From contig NC_047062.1 of assembly GCF_902459465.1 (NCBI RefSeq), positions 30,876,001-30,940,000 on the forward strand: DNA of 64,000 nt, written 5' to 3'. Both the position numbers and the translations under genes were made by a program. The notes under the pieces are model-generated. The model did not search any database and was not told the origin of the DNA. It saw only the letters and a list, made by a program, of their open reading frames with translations. Below are positions 39,271-51,169 of the stretch, in pieces; the stretch's first letter is position 1, and each line of letters starts with the position of its first letter. Origin of the DNA: Asterias rubens. Taxonomy: Eukaryota.

Positions 39271-41287
39271 ATAAAGCATGTTTAGTACGAGGCAGTTTTG
39301 TGTACAAAGTTAATTAAGAACAGCAGAGTGTACTTTGAAAATGATCTCATAGAGTATCGTGCTGTCGTACAATGCAAATGGAACCAGTTCTTTTGTTGGT
39401 TTGAGAAGTCCTACATCTCCATTCTGAATTCTATAGTCGGCAAGGCGTCCTAGTACAGCAACATCACACCAACTTGGGTAACTTTGTTTGGTCATAATGA
39501 ATCTATGATATGATCATCCAGTTCGGCCTGGCCTTTTGTGGATGATGAGAACTAATATATATATGAGGGCACCGCGATGGCTTGCTCGCGAGTTTTCATT
39601 CCTGATCTTGCAGAGAACAAAGTGGATGTTTCCCCAACCATTGTGAAGATAGCTGCACTTGACCCGGGGGTCTTCATGGGAGATTGCTGCATGATGTTTC
39701 GCGAAAGGACTCATTTATATTTACTAGTGCATTGAGGTGTTTGTTGGGCTCCCACCATTCCTGCCTTTGCCAGCCTGCACCCAGGATGGGGAGAAAGCCA
39801 TCTACACTTTAAGAGATCATGTGCCGCCATTGAAGTCAGCGTCGATGCTGCCATGTCAGGCAGGATATTCTTCGTAATTTTACTCTATTTTTTTTTTTTT
39901 TTTAAATCCTTGTGGGAACATTTAAAAACCTGTGATTTAAAAAGCATGAAAAGCCTATTGAATCTCACTACATGCTTACAATTACATTTTACTATTAGAC
40001 ACTTGCACTCGATAACAAGGTGCCTTCTATTTTCCAAGGACAAAACATGATGCCTATCATCAAATATATGCGTCCAATATTTGGATATTCCATAAAGTTT
40101 GACACATTAGAAGAGTTTTGGTTGAGTCAACAATGGTCCTTTAATACTTTCCAAAACTGCTGTACCAGTATTTTAATGTACATTTTAATTATTTGGTTTT
40201 GATTGTTTTTCAGCTTGACTGAAATCGTCGTAAGATTGGAACGGAATGAAAACTTTCTATGATTAAACTTTGCAATAATAATTTCAACTGTCGTGTCAAT
40301 CATTGCTTTTGTTAATTACAGTATTCAATGATTTTAAATATAATGTTAAGACTAATAGTATAATAAGGGAAAACAATAAATATTGTACACAAAAATGTTT
40401 TTGGAAAAGCAACAAAATAATGGTGAAATATAAATCAGCACAAAAGAGTTGAATAAAAAACCCAAAATGCTTACCCTGACATAATAATAAGGATGAATGA
40501 ACTACTGTTTAATAGCTACTTTGAACACTAAATAATAAGGATGAATGAAGTACTGTTTAATAGCTACTTTGAACACTATAACAACTTCACGTCTGTCTTA
40601 ATACATTACTGTGCACGTTATTTGTCAGACTTTCCTTGAACCTTCCAAAATCATATTTTCCACCGTGAATAGGTTCGAATCTTGGTCAGAAGTACATGCA
40701 AGGCCAGTAAAAGCTATTGTAGGCGATGGAAGAAGATGGGCAATGGCATGCTGGATTCTTAAACCTGCATTTATTCTTTGTTGGTACAACATAAGGGTAA
40801 AGATCCGGAATTGAGGATAACACAACGATCCCCCCCAAAAAGGGGAGATTTTGAGCATGGACTCCAGTTACCTTGTCCCTCTTTGTACAGGGTAAATGAA
40901 GCAGAGCATGGAGGTGCATGCCTGTTGTATGCCAAATGCTGCATGGTTTTATTAGCTAGTACCAACTAAATCGATTTAACCCTAAAGCACTGTCCCTAGT
41001 CAAATTCCGAATTACCTCCATAATTTAGAGTATCTCATCGATATTGGTAGGTTTTGTTCGATAAAACAATAATGTTTGCAGTGAGGTATAACAATTGCAA
41101 CATTATGCCCCCTAAATGTTAACATTAACCCTGTTGTCAACAGAATACAGCTTGACTAGTCGATGTATTCCAGTGAAAAACAGACCACCCATGTGTGCTT
41201 TAAATTGCAAACTGGGGATAAGCATTTTGTTGTGCTAAGTTCAAGCAGCTTCATAAACCTGAGCCCACAGGTTGGTGTATAACCTCT

Positions 41288-44200
41288 TTATTTCTTGTAT
41301 TTTTGACTGGAACTTGAGAAGTAGAAGTCTACGCCTCGGGTTTGCTGTCTCTGCTCGGGGCCTCTGCCGCTTTTTCCTCTTTCCTAAAATCAGACGAGAT
41401 AAAATGAAGTACATGAGAATTCAATTGAGACAAGGTGATTAGTTTGAACCCAATTAAACACAGGTGAAATCGGTGAATGGGCAAAACACAAATGATATTT
41501 TGCAATTCACGGTGAATGCAGAACTCACATTGTTCTGAAAAGAGAAGAAAATCCCATAAGAACCTTTGTCTTGCCTTTGTCAAAGCAGGGTTTCATTGTG
41601 ACATTGATATTCTCAAAGAAAATGTATTGCCCTGAGTGCTGAAAAGTTATGGGGAAAAAAATAAGGTAAAAGAATTAATGATACCGACATAAAATGGTAA
41701 CTTGTGGACAACTGACCACTCGGGCAGATATTTGTTGAAGCAAGAATTGAACAGCTTTTGGTATTGTATGTAACACACCAACCTGAGTTCTGATATGCTT
41801 TGCCCATTCTGGAGCTTTGACAACCGGCATGGGATAGGTGTGTCCCAAAGTCACCTCGCACTTCATTAGCATAGAGCTGCTGAGGGCCCAGGGGGTGTGA
41901 ATGGCTCCTCCCTTAATAGCTTGTAGTTCAGGTATCCAGCTTCTGATGTAGTCACCCTGTGGAACAAGAACATCAATATTAGTGGTGTTTTTTTTACAGT
42001 GTGCTTCCAACAGCATGACCCCTGGTCACTGGGCCATAATTAATTCCTGCTACTCTGCTAAATCAATCACAAGAACCAACTCTGCCCTCGCAGGTACCCA
42101 TTTACCCTTAGGTGGAGAGAAGCAATTATAGTCGAGTGTCTTGCTCAGTGTCACAAACAGGATTCGAACCCACACTCTACTGAACTCTCAGTTTGAGTTC
42201 AGTGCTCTTATCCGCCCGGCCACAACAGCCACATAATCCAGTGAGTGTTTGTGCAAACGTCTTTGCATGTGCGAGTCCCAAGCTTACAGGATGGCAGGAG
42301 TCACTAATCACATGCCTAACCTGGCAGGCTTCAAACAACGTGTGCATTTTAAACTGGCAGAGGGCACTTTAAATCTAGCTCTACATTTAAAATATACCTG
42401 TGCATCGTAGTCTAGTCCTTGTTTGACCATGTTGAACTTCCTGGCTGGTCGTGGGTCAGTGCCAACACCAGCGCAGTATAACCAGTTGCCATAGTTACTG
42501 CATACATCATGATCAATCTGTCAATCAAATGATAAAATAAAAAGGACATTCATGCAAAATGACTATAAACAAAATTACTTTGTTTCAATGGCGTAACCAG
42601 AGGGGGGGGGGGGGGGCAAGGGGGGGGGATTGGGAGCTTATACAGGCCTTTTTGCCTATACCAATGGGCTCAATCCTCCAATGTCCTCCTCTCCTATGTC
42701 ACTCAATGCATAAATGTTTGGACTGGGATAAGATTGGAATGCATGCCTCAATGAGAAGCAGTTGTCATTTGGGCCTACAACCCAGTAAGACTTGATGAAA
42801 TTGATACGTAATAAAAACATATATTTTATTTGGTCCAAACTTACCAGCAGATGTTCAAACCATTCTGCCCCTAGCCTCCAGTCCAGTTTAAGATCTTTAG
42901 TTAGGAAGCTTGCCACGTTCTGCCTGCCTCTGTTGGACATGAACCCAGTGGTAGCCAACTCTCTCATATTGGCGTCTACAAACGGTACCCCCGTCTTACC
43001 CTCTCGCCATGCGTCAAAAAGCTTCTGGTTCTCCTGCCACTCCCTGTGTTTACCTAGAAGGCCTGAAGGGTCAACCAAACAGATTAGGTAATTGGCTTTA
43101 CTCATGGGTTTGAGAGTCAATGCTAAGCCGTGTCCGAAACAGCCACTTTGGCTACAGCTACGGCTAGATCAGTGCGTCGGCCAATGTTGAAGAACAGGCA
43201 GGCACGTCAATCTAGCTGTAGCTGTAGCCGAAGTCACTGTTTCAGACACGGCCTCAACCTGGAACTTGGAACCAGACCTTAAGCAGAGCAGCCATGATTT
43301 GTATCTTGCAATCAGGAAGATTTTGTACAACAATTCAGAGAGATATTTAGAATTACTTTCAACATTGTAGGAAAAAAAGTCTTGATAGTCAGGACGTTTT
43401 CTCAAATCAAATTCTGCAGAATCAGGAAATGTTTGCAGCTCTGCTAAGAAAGTGTAAAAAAAGAATTGAAGCTTTGCATGGTGTAGAAATCAATGTTGTA
43501 TGTCTCAATATCAAGACCCTATGAGAGGGTCTTACTCTTAGTGTTTTGTTTTTTACCCCCGGATGGTGGCACAGCTAGTTCTCTGCAAACTTACCACTAA
43601 GGTAGAAGAGACGATCCCCGAATTTGAGGGCCACAAACTTGAAATAATCCCTCCAGAGCAGCTCAAAGATCACCCTGAATCACAACAAAGAAAGAAGGTT
43701 GGACAGTTTAAAGGAGGTAAAGTTTGGTTTTGTGATGCACTCCTTTTCCAAGGTTTATCTAAAAGTCACCTCAGCTTATACATACCAGTAAGTTGATTGG
43801 TTTGTTTTTCGTTCCTTCTCGTATCTCTTGATTTCTTCATATATTTTCCGCGGTGATAGACATCCTAGAGCCAGCCTGGGAATGGAAAAGACAAATCGAT
43901 AATAAGCTTGGGCGGTTCCTTCGGTTACCCGGTTCTACCCGGTTCCAAATTGAAAACCGGACCGGCGGTTCCACTCTTCTGTGGAACCGGGTACCCGCTT
44001 TTGTCGGTTCCGATTTTAAAAGACCGAGTCCCAACTATAAAAGGCTCTGTGGAGCCGATCCTGCGACGAACCGGCTCTAAAAATTGAGGCTTGATGTTGA
44101 AAGCGGTGACCGCAGATACAGTGTGCAAAGGCTTCAAGCCGACATGAGTATCAACTATCACGTGTGGCTGCATACACAGTGCACAGCCCCCTCCAATGCA

Positions 44201-47200
44201 TAGGCATCTATACATGTATATCTCATGCATATACATGTACATGTACAGAGTCCAAAGTCCAAATAGACAGCACGTTGTGATTGGCTGCCGATATATCCAT
44301 ATTCATAAAAGCTTGCCCCATGCACAAGTACTGTATGCATGTACATCATGTACACTTGTATGTACAGAGACGACACACTGCATGCACTACGGATGTACTG
44401 CACTACGGACGTACTGCACTACGGACGTACTCTGCTACACAACGGACGTACTGCCGGCTAAATCAAAGACTTGTTTAAATGCAGGGAGAATAGGTGCTCG
44501 GTGGCACGATGTCTGATTGACTTGGGGTGGGTATTCTGGTATTTTCGTTAAAAATAGATCGGCTCCAATTGTGTGTGTGTGAGCTCGGGACCGATGTCTG
44601 ATTAACTTGGTTATTTTCAGTTAAAACAGATCGGCTCAATTGTATGTGTGTGAGCTCGGGACGGGCGGCTTATGTTTTATATTGAATTGGAACCGGGTAT
44701 GTCTCAGAACCGAGCTTTTTTTCGGAACCGGAACCGGGCCCCAAATTTCTGGAACCGCCCAAGCTTAATCAATAACAACTCAAACGATCATGAGACAAGA
44801 CTCAATGTAGAAATATTCCATAATGTTGTGGGCTACTAAGACTTCCTTTGGACTAATACAGGGCATGTTACTTTAAAGGGGCACATTGCCTTTGGAAGGG
44901 GCACTTCGGGCTTTAAAAGCATTTACTATTAAATGAACATGGTTGGAACTACAATCTAAAAGTAGAATTTAATGATTCACACACATACATGTATGCCTCG
45001 TGTGGTTTTCCTTTTCCCAGTTTACTTTGTGATCTGACCTGGGGCCGGTTTCACAAAGCAATCAAACTCATCGCAAGACAAATTTTCAGTATCACCATAG
45101 TGATCTGCATTGTGACATCACACTTAACTTTTAGCAACTATGATTGATTTGCAGTTACGATCAATCGAAGATTTTTGTGAAATCGGCCCATGGTCCACGA
45201 TTTTGTGGAGCAAAATATTGGATTTGAAATAAATGGCACAAGCCTGGGTAGGTTTAGCTTACCAAGAGGAGAATTTGGTGGAATAATCGGGGCCTATTAG
45301 TCCGTTACGAGTCTCCTTGTATGACGCTATATAGTCCTTTAAGACAAACACAATATGCAGCCATTAACATTCAACTAAAAAGGAACTGGAAACCTTTGGT
45401 TATTGTCAAAGACCAGTCTTCTCACTTTGTGTATCACAACATATGCACAAAATAAATTTAATTCAACTGGGCGTCAAAGTTGCGAGAGAATAATGGAAGA
45501 AAAAACACCCTTGTGGCACAAGTTGTGTGCTTTCAGATGCCTTGAATTTGAGACCTCAGCTAAGGTCTCAACTGAGGTCTCAAATTCAATTCAAATATTA
45601 TAGTGAAAAATTACTTCTTTCTCAAAAATTACAATACTTCAGAGGGAGCCTTTTCTCACAATGTTTAATAAAACCAGGCAGTAAAATACACTGTGTATTT
45701 TGTCCCGTTTATATTTTTTTATACACATGTAGTTTCCTGTCACGTTAATAATTTTGTGATATTTATCGTTGATGCACACGAGAAGGCAATTTTCATATTT
45801 TTTAACGTGGTGTTTATAATAAACTGAATGGAATTGAATTGAATGTCTGGTTCACTAAGCAGCTGTCTTAAATGAAGTACTGAAGGTTTTATGTGAAGAG
45901 CATTAAACTTACATGATCCCAGAAGTAATGTTGAATTCTTGCAAGGGCCTGTCTCTCACCACCTCCATAAGGGAATGCAGTACGTGGATCCTGGGCTGGT
46001 TCTGTATAGAGGAGAGGAAGGATTAGATTTGAAATCGAGTCAAAGATACTTCTTTATCCATGCTACTCCCGGGGTCGATTTCACAAAGCAATAAAATCCA
46101 AATTGTCAGTATTATCATAGTGATTTGTATTGTGACATCATACTTTACTAAGCAACTACGATTGATTTGCAGTTAGGATAAATCTTGGTCATGTTCAAAA
46201 CAATTCCCGGTGAGGTGACCAGCCATTTAAAAAAAATTTAACTGCACCGATTATGGTCAGAAAAGTAGGAGGGTTGACCTTGTGATGTGCTGATGCATTC
46301 ATCACAGAACTTAATATTGCAGGCTGTAATTGTTGAGCTATCATTTAAAAGAAACAGTGGATGGAAGTGAATGGTCATACAGTAGGAGGGTTGACAGTGT
46401 ACTGCATATTCACATTCACCACATGATTTAACATTTCAGGCAGGTAAAGTTTATTTATTATTCAAAACCACAGAAGATGATATGGAATGGTCAGACAATG
46501 GTCGGACCAGGGTTATGCAATCAGATGGGGATCCATTGATTTTACGTCCTCTGTGGTCCCATTACCTTTCATTCCATACTCCTCCATTGTAGGTATACAG
46601 CCTGGGTCTACACCAGTTGGTAGTGGTTTCAGCCTACTGGGCATGGACAACGTTGGACGGACTCTTGACTGATTTTCAGTCCTCTTGCGGAACTCTGTGA
46701 ACACATTTGGTAATCTGGGAGGAAAAAAACAGTTTAAAGGCATTAAACAGGATTTAACACAAGTAGCCCCCGAGGGTGATGTTTCATCAGACTCTCACAC
46801 CTAAGAATCATTTACCATCAATGCTAACGATCTACACAACAGTGGTTGAGTGGATAAGAACATAGGACTCAAGCTCTGGTGTTTTTTTATCAGCAGAGTG
46901 TCATGTGTGTACTGTCGGTTCGAGTCCCGGTCGTAGCACTTATGTCCTTGAGCCAGACACTCAACCATTATTGCTTTGTCCTTCGGATGGGTTGAAAGCC
47001 GAAGGTCGTGTGTTCTGTAATGCATGTAAAGAACCCAGTGCACTTATATCATAAAGACAAGGTGTTCGCCCCATGTGTTCCTGGTCTAATCGTAAGCATA
47101 TTGTGCCACAGCACCATTCAGGCCTGATACTTCACGGAGGCAACGGAGGCGATTGCCTCCGTTGCCCCTTGCCATTGCCTTGGTGCCCTTGAAATGCTCC

Positions 47201-50200
47201 AGTAGAAATTTAAAATTTCCTCATAGGGTGCCCTTTGCTTAAGAGAAACAGCCTTGGTGCCCTTGCCTTTTCAAAAACGAAGCATACAGGCCTGACCATT
47301 ACACAATGCTATTAAAGGAATAGGTCTCATACTTCAAAAACGTAGCTCCACAAATCTTGCAGGACAAGATAACTGAGTGCTTTGCAGGCCTGTAGAGTGT
47401 GCTTCGTTAGGATACACTATGAGGAAATTTTAAATTTATACTAGAGCATTTCAAGGGCACCAAGGGGCGGGGAGGCATTCGCCTTACTTCCTTGAAGTAT
47501 CAGGCTTGGCTTTGAAATGCCCCTCAGGGTGTGATCAAGCGCTATACAAGAACATAGTATTATCAGTAGTATTAGCCTAGCATGATCTTACTGTGGTATT
47601 CTGAATGGTATGTCCTCTTTGTGGTAGAGAGTTGAACCCCAGACTTTGTGGACGGGAACCTGGCAGGATTTCTCTACAGCTCTTTCTACATCCGTCTCCT
47701 CTCTAGTTGCCTAAGATATAAATGTGAAGAATCCTGTTGGTAAGTCAATACGTTACACTTTGCAGGCCTGATACTTAAAGGCAGTGGACACTAAGCTTGG
47801 GCGATATCGATTTATTTTATTCACGATATATCGCCGACAATATATCGCGATATTCGATATAATCAGTCTTAAAACTCCAAGTGAAAGTTGTAGAAAAGAC
47901 AGTCCAGGCATAAGAGAGGTGTTCTAATGACCTATTCTTCCGGTTTTACTTCAAACCTATGAGGTGCAAGATGTCTCAGCTAGCAAATACATCGCGGTAT
48001 TTAATCGATATATCGATATATTGCGATGATCGCGATATATTGCGATATATCGCGATATATCGATATTTCGATTAAAACCAAATCCATCCGATATCGAAAT
48101 CGTGTCCAAATTAATATCGCGATATTCGATAATATCGTGATATCGCCCAAGCTTAGTGGACACTATTGGTAATTACTAAAAATAATTATTAGCATAAAAC
48201 CTCACTTGGTAATGAGTAATAGAGAGCTGTTGATAGTATACAACATTGTGAGAAACGGCTCCCTCTGAAGTAACGTAGTTTTCGAGACAGAAGTAATTTC
48301 CCAGGATTTGATTTTGAGGTCTCGAAATCAAGCATCTGAAAGCACACAACTTCTTAGGGTGTTTTTTCTTCTATTATTATCTCGCAACTTCACTGACCAA
48401 TTCAGCTCAAATTTTCAGCTCAAGGTATGTTTTTTTCATACATACATGTATGTTGAGATACACCAAGTGAGGAGACTGGTCATTTACAATTACCAATAGT
48501 GTCCAGTGTCTTTAAGGAGGCAACGGAGGCGATTGCCTCCATGCCCCCTGGTCATTGCATTGGTGCCCTTGAAATGCCCCAGTAGAAATTTACAACTTCT
48601 TCATGCCTTGGTGCTATTGTCCTTTCAGTTGTGGCATGACGAAAGTAATTATCATCAACGGACTAAAAGCGGCTCTCATAAAGAAAATTGCTCTATGATT
48701 TTAACTTTTTGTTCTCTAAAAAAGAAATTGACGGCTAATGAAGCTGAAAATTCTACAGGTAAACTATATGACATATATCTTCATTCACAGAGATTTAGAA
48801 TTCAGATCACGACAAAAACTTCACATGATCTACAAAAGTAAACGGCGGCTATCCACTGATCAATAATAAGTTTCAGTGAATAAATCAATAAATACAAATG
48901 GTATCTAACGAACATTGATTATAATGTCTAAAGGCACACAGTTTACACCAACCTCTTGCTGTAGTGCTACTGCTTTGACGTTCTCTTTACCTAGCTGGCT
49001 GATCAAGTTGGTAATAACTTTCTCAGGTTCACCTCTACTGACAACCAGTTCACTGGAGGAGATATCAAATCAATACAAGCTTAGAAAATGTGTTCAAGCA
49101 GCCTTCAGGAAATATTCTAAATTATGGGAAAGGCTGGATTTGACAAAGATTTAAAAGACTAGTGTTATTATAGGACTAGCCTAAAATTTTAAACCTCCAA
49201 GGAAATGTCCTTTATTAACCTTACCCTTTGTGAAATCGACCCCATGAATCATGAGCTACTTTATCAACAGTAAGGGACAAATTCGACGACCAATTGAGCT
49301 CAAATTTTCACAGGTTTGTTATTTCATGCATATTTTGAGATCCACCAAGTGAGAAGACTGGTCTTTGACAATTACCAAAAGTGTTTAGGGATTTGGCCCC
49401 ATGTAATAAATGGGTCTTATTATTTCAAGCATAGCTCTGCATACAATGTACATTGGTAGACAAAACAATGAGCACTTTCAGACATACCTGGGTTAAAGGC
49501 ACCAGACACATTTTGGTTATTGTCAAAGATGCAGTATTCTCACTTGGTGAATGAATCCAAACAATGCATAACAAAATAACAAACACTGTGAAAACTCGGG
49601 CTCAATTGGTCATTGATTTTGCAAGAGAATAATTTAAGAAAAACACCCTTGTTGCATTACTTTGTGTTCTTTCAAATTCATAATAAAATGCCAAAGCCGA
49701 AGTCTTTTTATATTTGAGTAAGAAATTACCTCTTTCTCAAAAACTACGCTATCAACAGCTCTCCATTGCTTGTAACCAAGTAACTTTTATGCTAACAGTT
49801 ATTTTAAATAATAACACCATAGTGCCTTTAAATGACAGAAAATTTAATACTGAAAATAAAAGTGAAGTTGTGATGTGAGGAAGTTTTGGGGAATTTTGTC
49901 TAATCAAGGGGATGAAATTTTTGCTAAGATTCTATGTAATAAAATAAATATTCCTATCACCTGCCAACACTCTTGAGGGAATCCTTCAGATCATGCAAGG
50001 TTTGCAGTAAGAACTTGAGACGATGTGGTCCAGTCTTGGGGAAGGAGTAATGCCACGTACCGCTGTAATGACGAGGGTCTAAACAGTACAACGGTACAAC
50101 AAAGTCTGCATTCAGATGGGCCCAGTGTAACACCTAGAAATCAGGACGTAAAATAAAAAAATTAAAAAACTGACTGATGGCCGAAACTGTGTATTTATAA

Positions 50201-50978
50201 CTTAATAAGAAATTTTACATTTTGTAATTTTATGAATATAATTTCAACATAAATTCAAGAGCTATAACTTACAATAGAAAAATATTTGTACAAACAATCA
50301 GTTGAATAAGTTTCCTGATTTGCCCCCTTTTAAAATCTTCAATTCAACCATACCAAACATAAAAGTATAAACAGATTAAACTATAAAAGTTAAACTCACA
50401 ACTGCCTTAAAAACGTCACAAAAGATTTTCAATATCTGCATGATCTCAGGCAACATGATCATACAATAATTTGTAAAACCGCAAGTGTGACTTAATTAAT
50501 AATTAATTGTATTTTTAATATAATAGCCTATCCCTAGCCTAGGCAATAGGTTGTAACCGTGCAGGATGAAAATGAGACTATTATAATTTTATAAATTTTA
50601 AAAAATAATAAATAAAATTATTAATAAACTTGAAATTGAATGAATCAAACTGCAAACAACAAACCACTCACGTCACTGTTCTGTCATTTTAATTGTTGAG
50701 GTGGTAGAGAGGTGGAATTCGGAAAGCTGGACAAGTATGCAATAAACGAAAAACCGATAGCGCCCCCCGGTCCGCCCCCTTTAAACATTATGACCAGCAA
50801 CATCCCCAGCGCGACCCCCCAGCGCTGTACAGATCTGATGTTGCAGGTTGCAGTTTATTTTTATTTTTTTAGGTTGCACACTTTGTTGCAGCCCGACACA
50901 AGTCTTACTCACCTCATTATCATGATACCTTAAGTCATTTCTCAGTAAGCATATGATAGTCTTCAATTTGGTCGACAT
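41288..50978 (-). CDS. cry-dash: Cryptochrome DASH, 13 exons, 512 aa: 50978-50913, 50133-49961, 49052-48953, 47710-47592, 46714-46566, 46001-45913, 45336-45263, 43875-43786, 43674-43595, 43053-42845, 42517-42398, 41956-41783, 41383-41288
   Basis: [101 protein letters not shown]-terminal RGVDFYF; all introns GT-AG with matching phases; 1539 nt. Confidence 0.95.
42020..42225 (-). mobile_element. tRNA-derived SINE in cry-dash intron
   Basis: Minus strand reads A-box-like GTGGCCGGGCGGATAAG and B box GGTTCGAATCC, followed by a non-tRNA body. Confidence 0.6.
43124..43254. mobile_element. Short MITE with ~45-bp imperfect TIRs
   Basis: AGCCGTGTCCGAAACAG..GGCTACAGCTACGGCTAGAT versus ATCTAGCTGTAGCTGTAGCC..CTGTTTCAGACACGGCCT. 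Confidence 0.6.
43903..44767. mobile_element. Non-autonomous hAT element
   Basis: TIR TAAGCTTGGGCGGTTCC / GGAACCGCCCAAGCTTA; 8-bp TSD ATCGATAA / ATCAATAA; subterminal AACCG repeats; internal 16-bp tandem repeat ~44385-44455. Confidence 0.8.
46841..47095 (+). mobile_element. tRNA-derived SINE
   Basis: A-box-like GTGGTTGAGTGG, B box GGTTCGAGTCCC, then TCCTTGAGCCAGACACTCAACC, a motif typical of deuterostome SINE bodies. Confidence 0.65.
47120..47294. mobile_element. CAGGCCTG-terminated interspersed repeat (relatives 47385-47510, 47763, 55998, 57523-57916, ~60770-60900)
   Basis: Recurrent GGAGGCAACGGAGGCGATTGCCTCC / GTGCCCTT core bounded by CAGGCCTG. Confidence 0.6.
47775..48515. mobile_element. 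Kolobok-like MITE (TTAA TSD) interrupted by a hAT MITE
   Basis: TTAA-AGGCAGTGGACAC ... GTGTCCAGTGTCT-TTAA; same family as the S1 element. Confidence 0.8.
47792..48155. mobile_element. hAT MITE with perfect 8-bp TSD GTGGACAC
   Basis: TIR TAAGCTTGGGCGATATC / GATATCGCCCAAGCTTA; TSD at 47784-47791 and 48156-48163; many CGATAT subterminal motifs. Confidence 0.88.
49493..49831. mobile_element. Kolobok-like MITE
   Basis: TTAA-AGGCAC ... GTGCCT-TTAA; internal similarity to the S1 element. Confidence 0.65.
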
Positions 50979-51169
50979 CTTGATGTTTTTCCTGAGCCAC
51001 AATGGCCGAAAATTGTGTGTTTTTACTCAGTTCTTGTAACTCTTTGACGAGTATGACATGCCTCGGCTTACGTAATGTAAACCAGCCGCAAATTGGACCT
51101 ACAAATGCAAGCCGTATATTCAGGCCTAGATCTAGATCCAATTAGCGGCTAGCCTCTGAGCTTCTAAAA
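50979..51169. promoter_or_regulatory. Putative compact bidirectional promoter between cry-dash and MRPS18A
   Basis: Divergent ATGs only 191 bp apart; CCAAT at ~51138; YY1-like AAAATGGCG over the MRPS18A start. Confidence 0.65.

Noticed and set aside
39500-41000. Coding-looking stretches and short ORFs between COA8 and cry-dash
   Set aside because: No recognisable domain or consistent splice pattern; likely 3' UTR or intergenic sequence.
36567-42630. Long poly-T and poly-G runs (36567-36606, 39888-39903, 42601-42628) as G-quadruplex or regulatory elements
   Set aside because: Homopolymer lengths are unreliable in assemblies and there is no supporting context.
43563-43796. Plus-strand ORFs at 43563, 43837-44516 and 46487
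   Set aside because: They are antisense shadows of cry-dash exons or hAT internal sequence.
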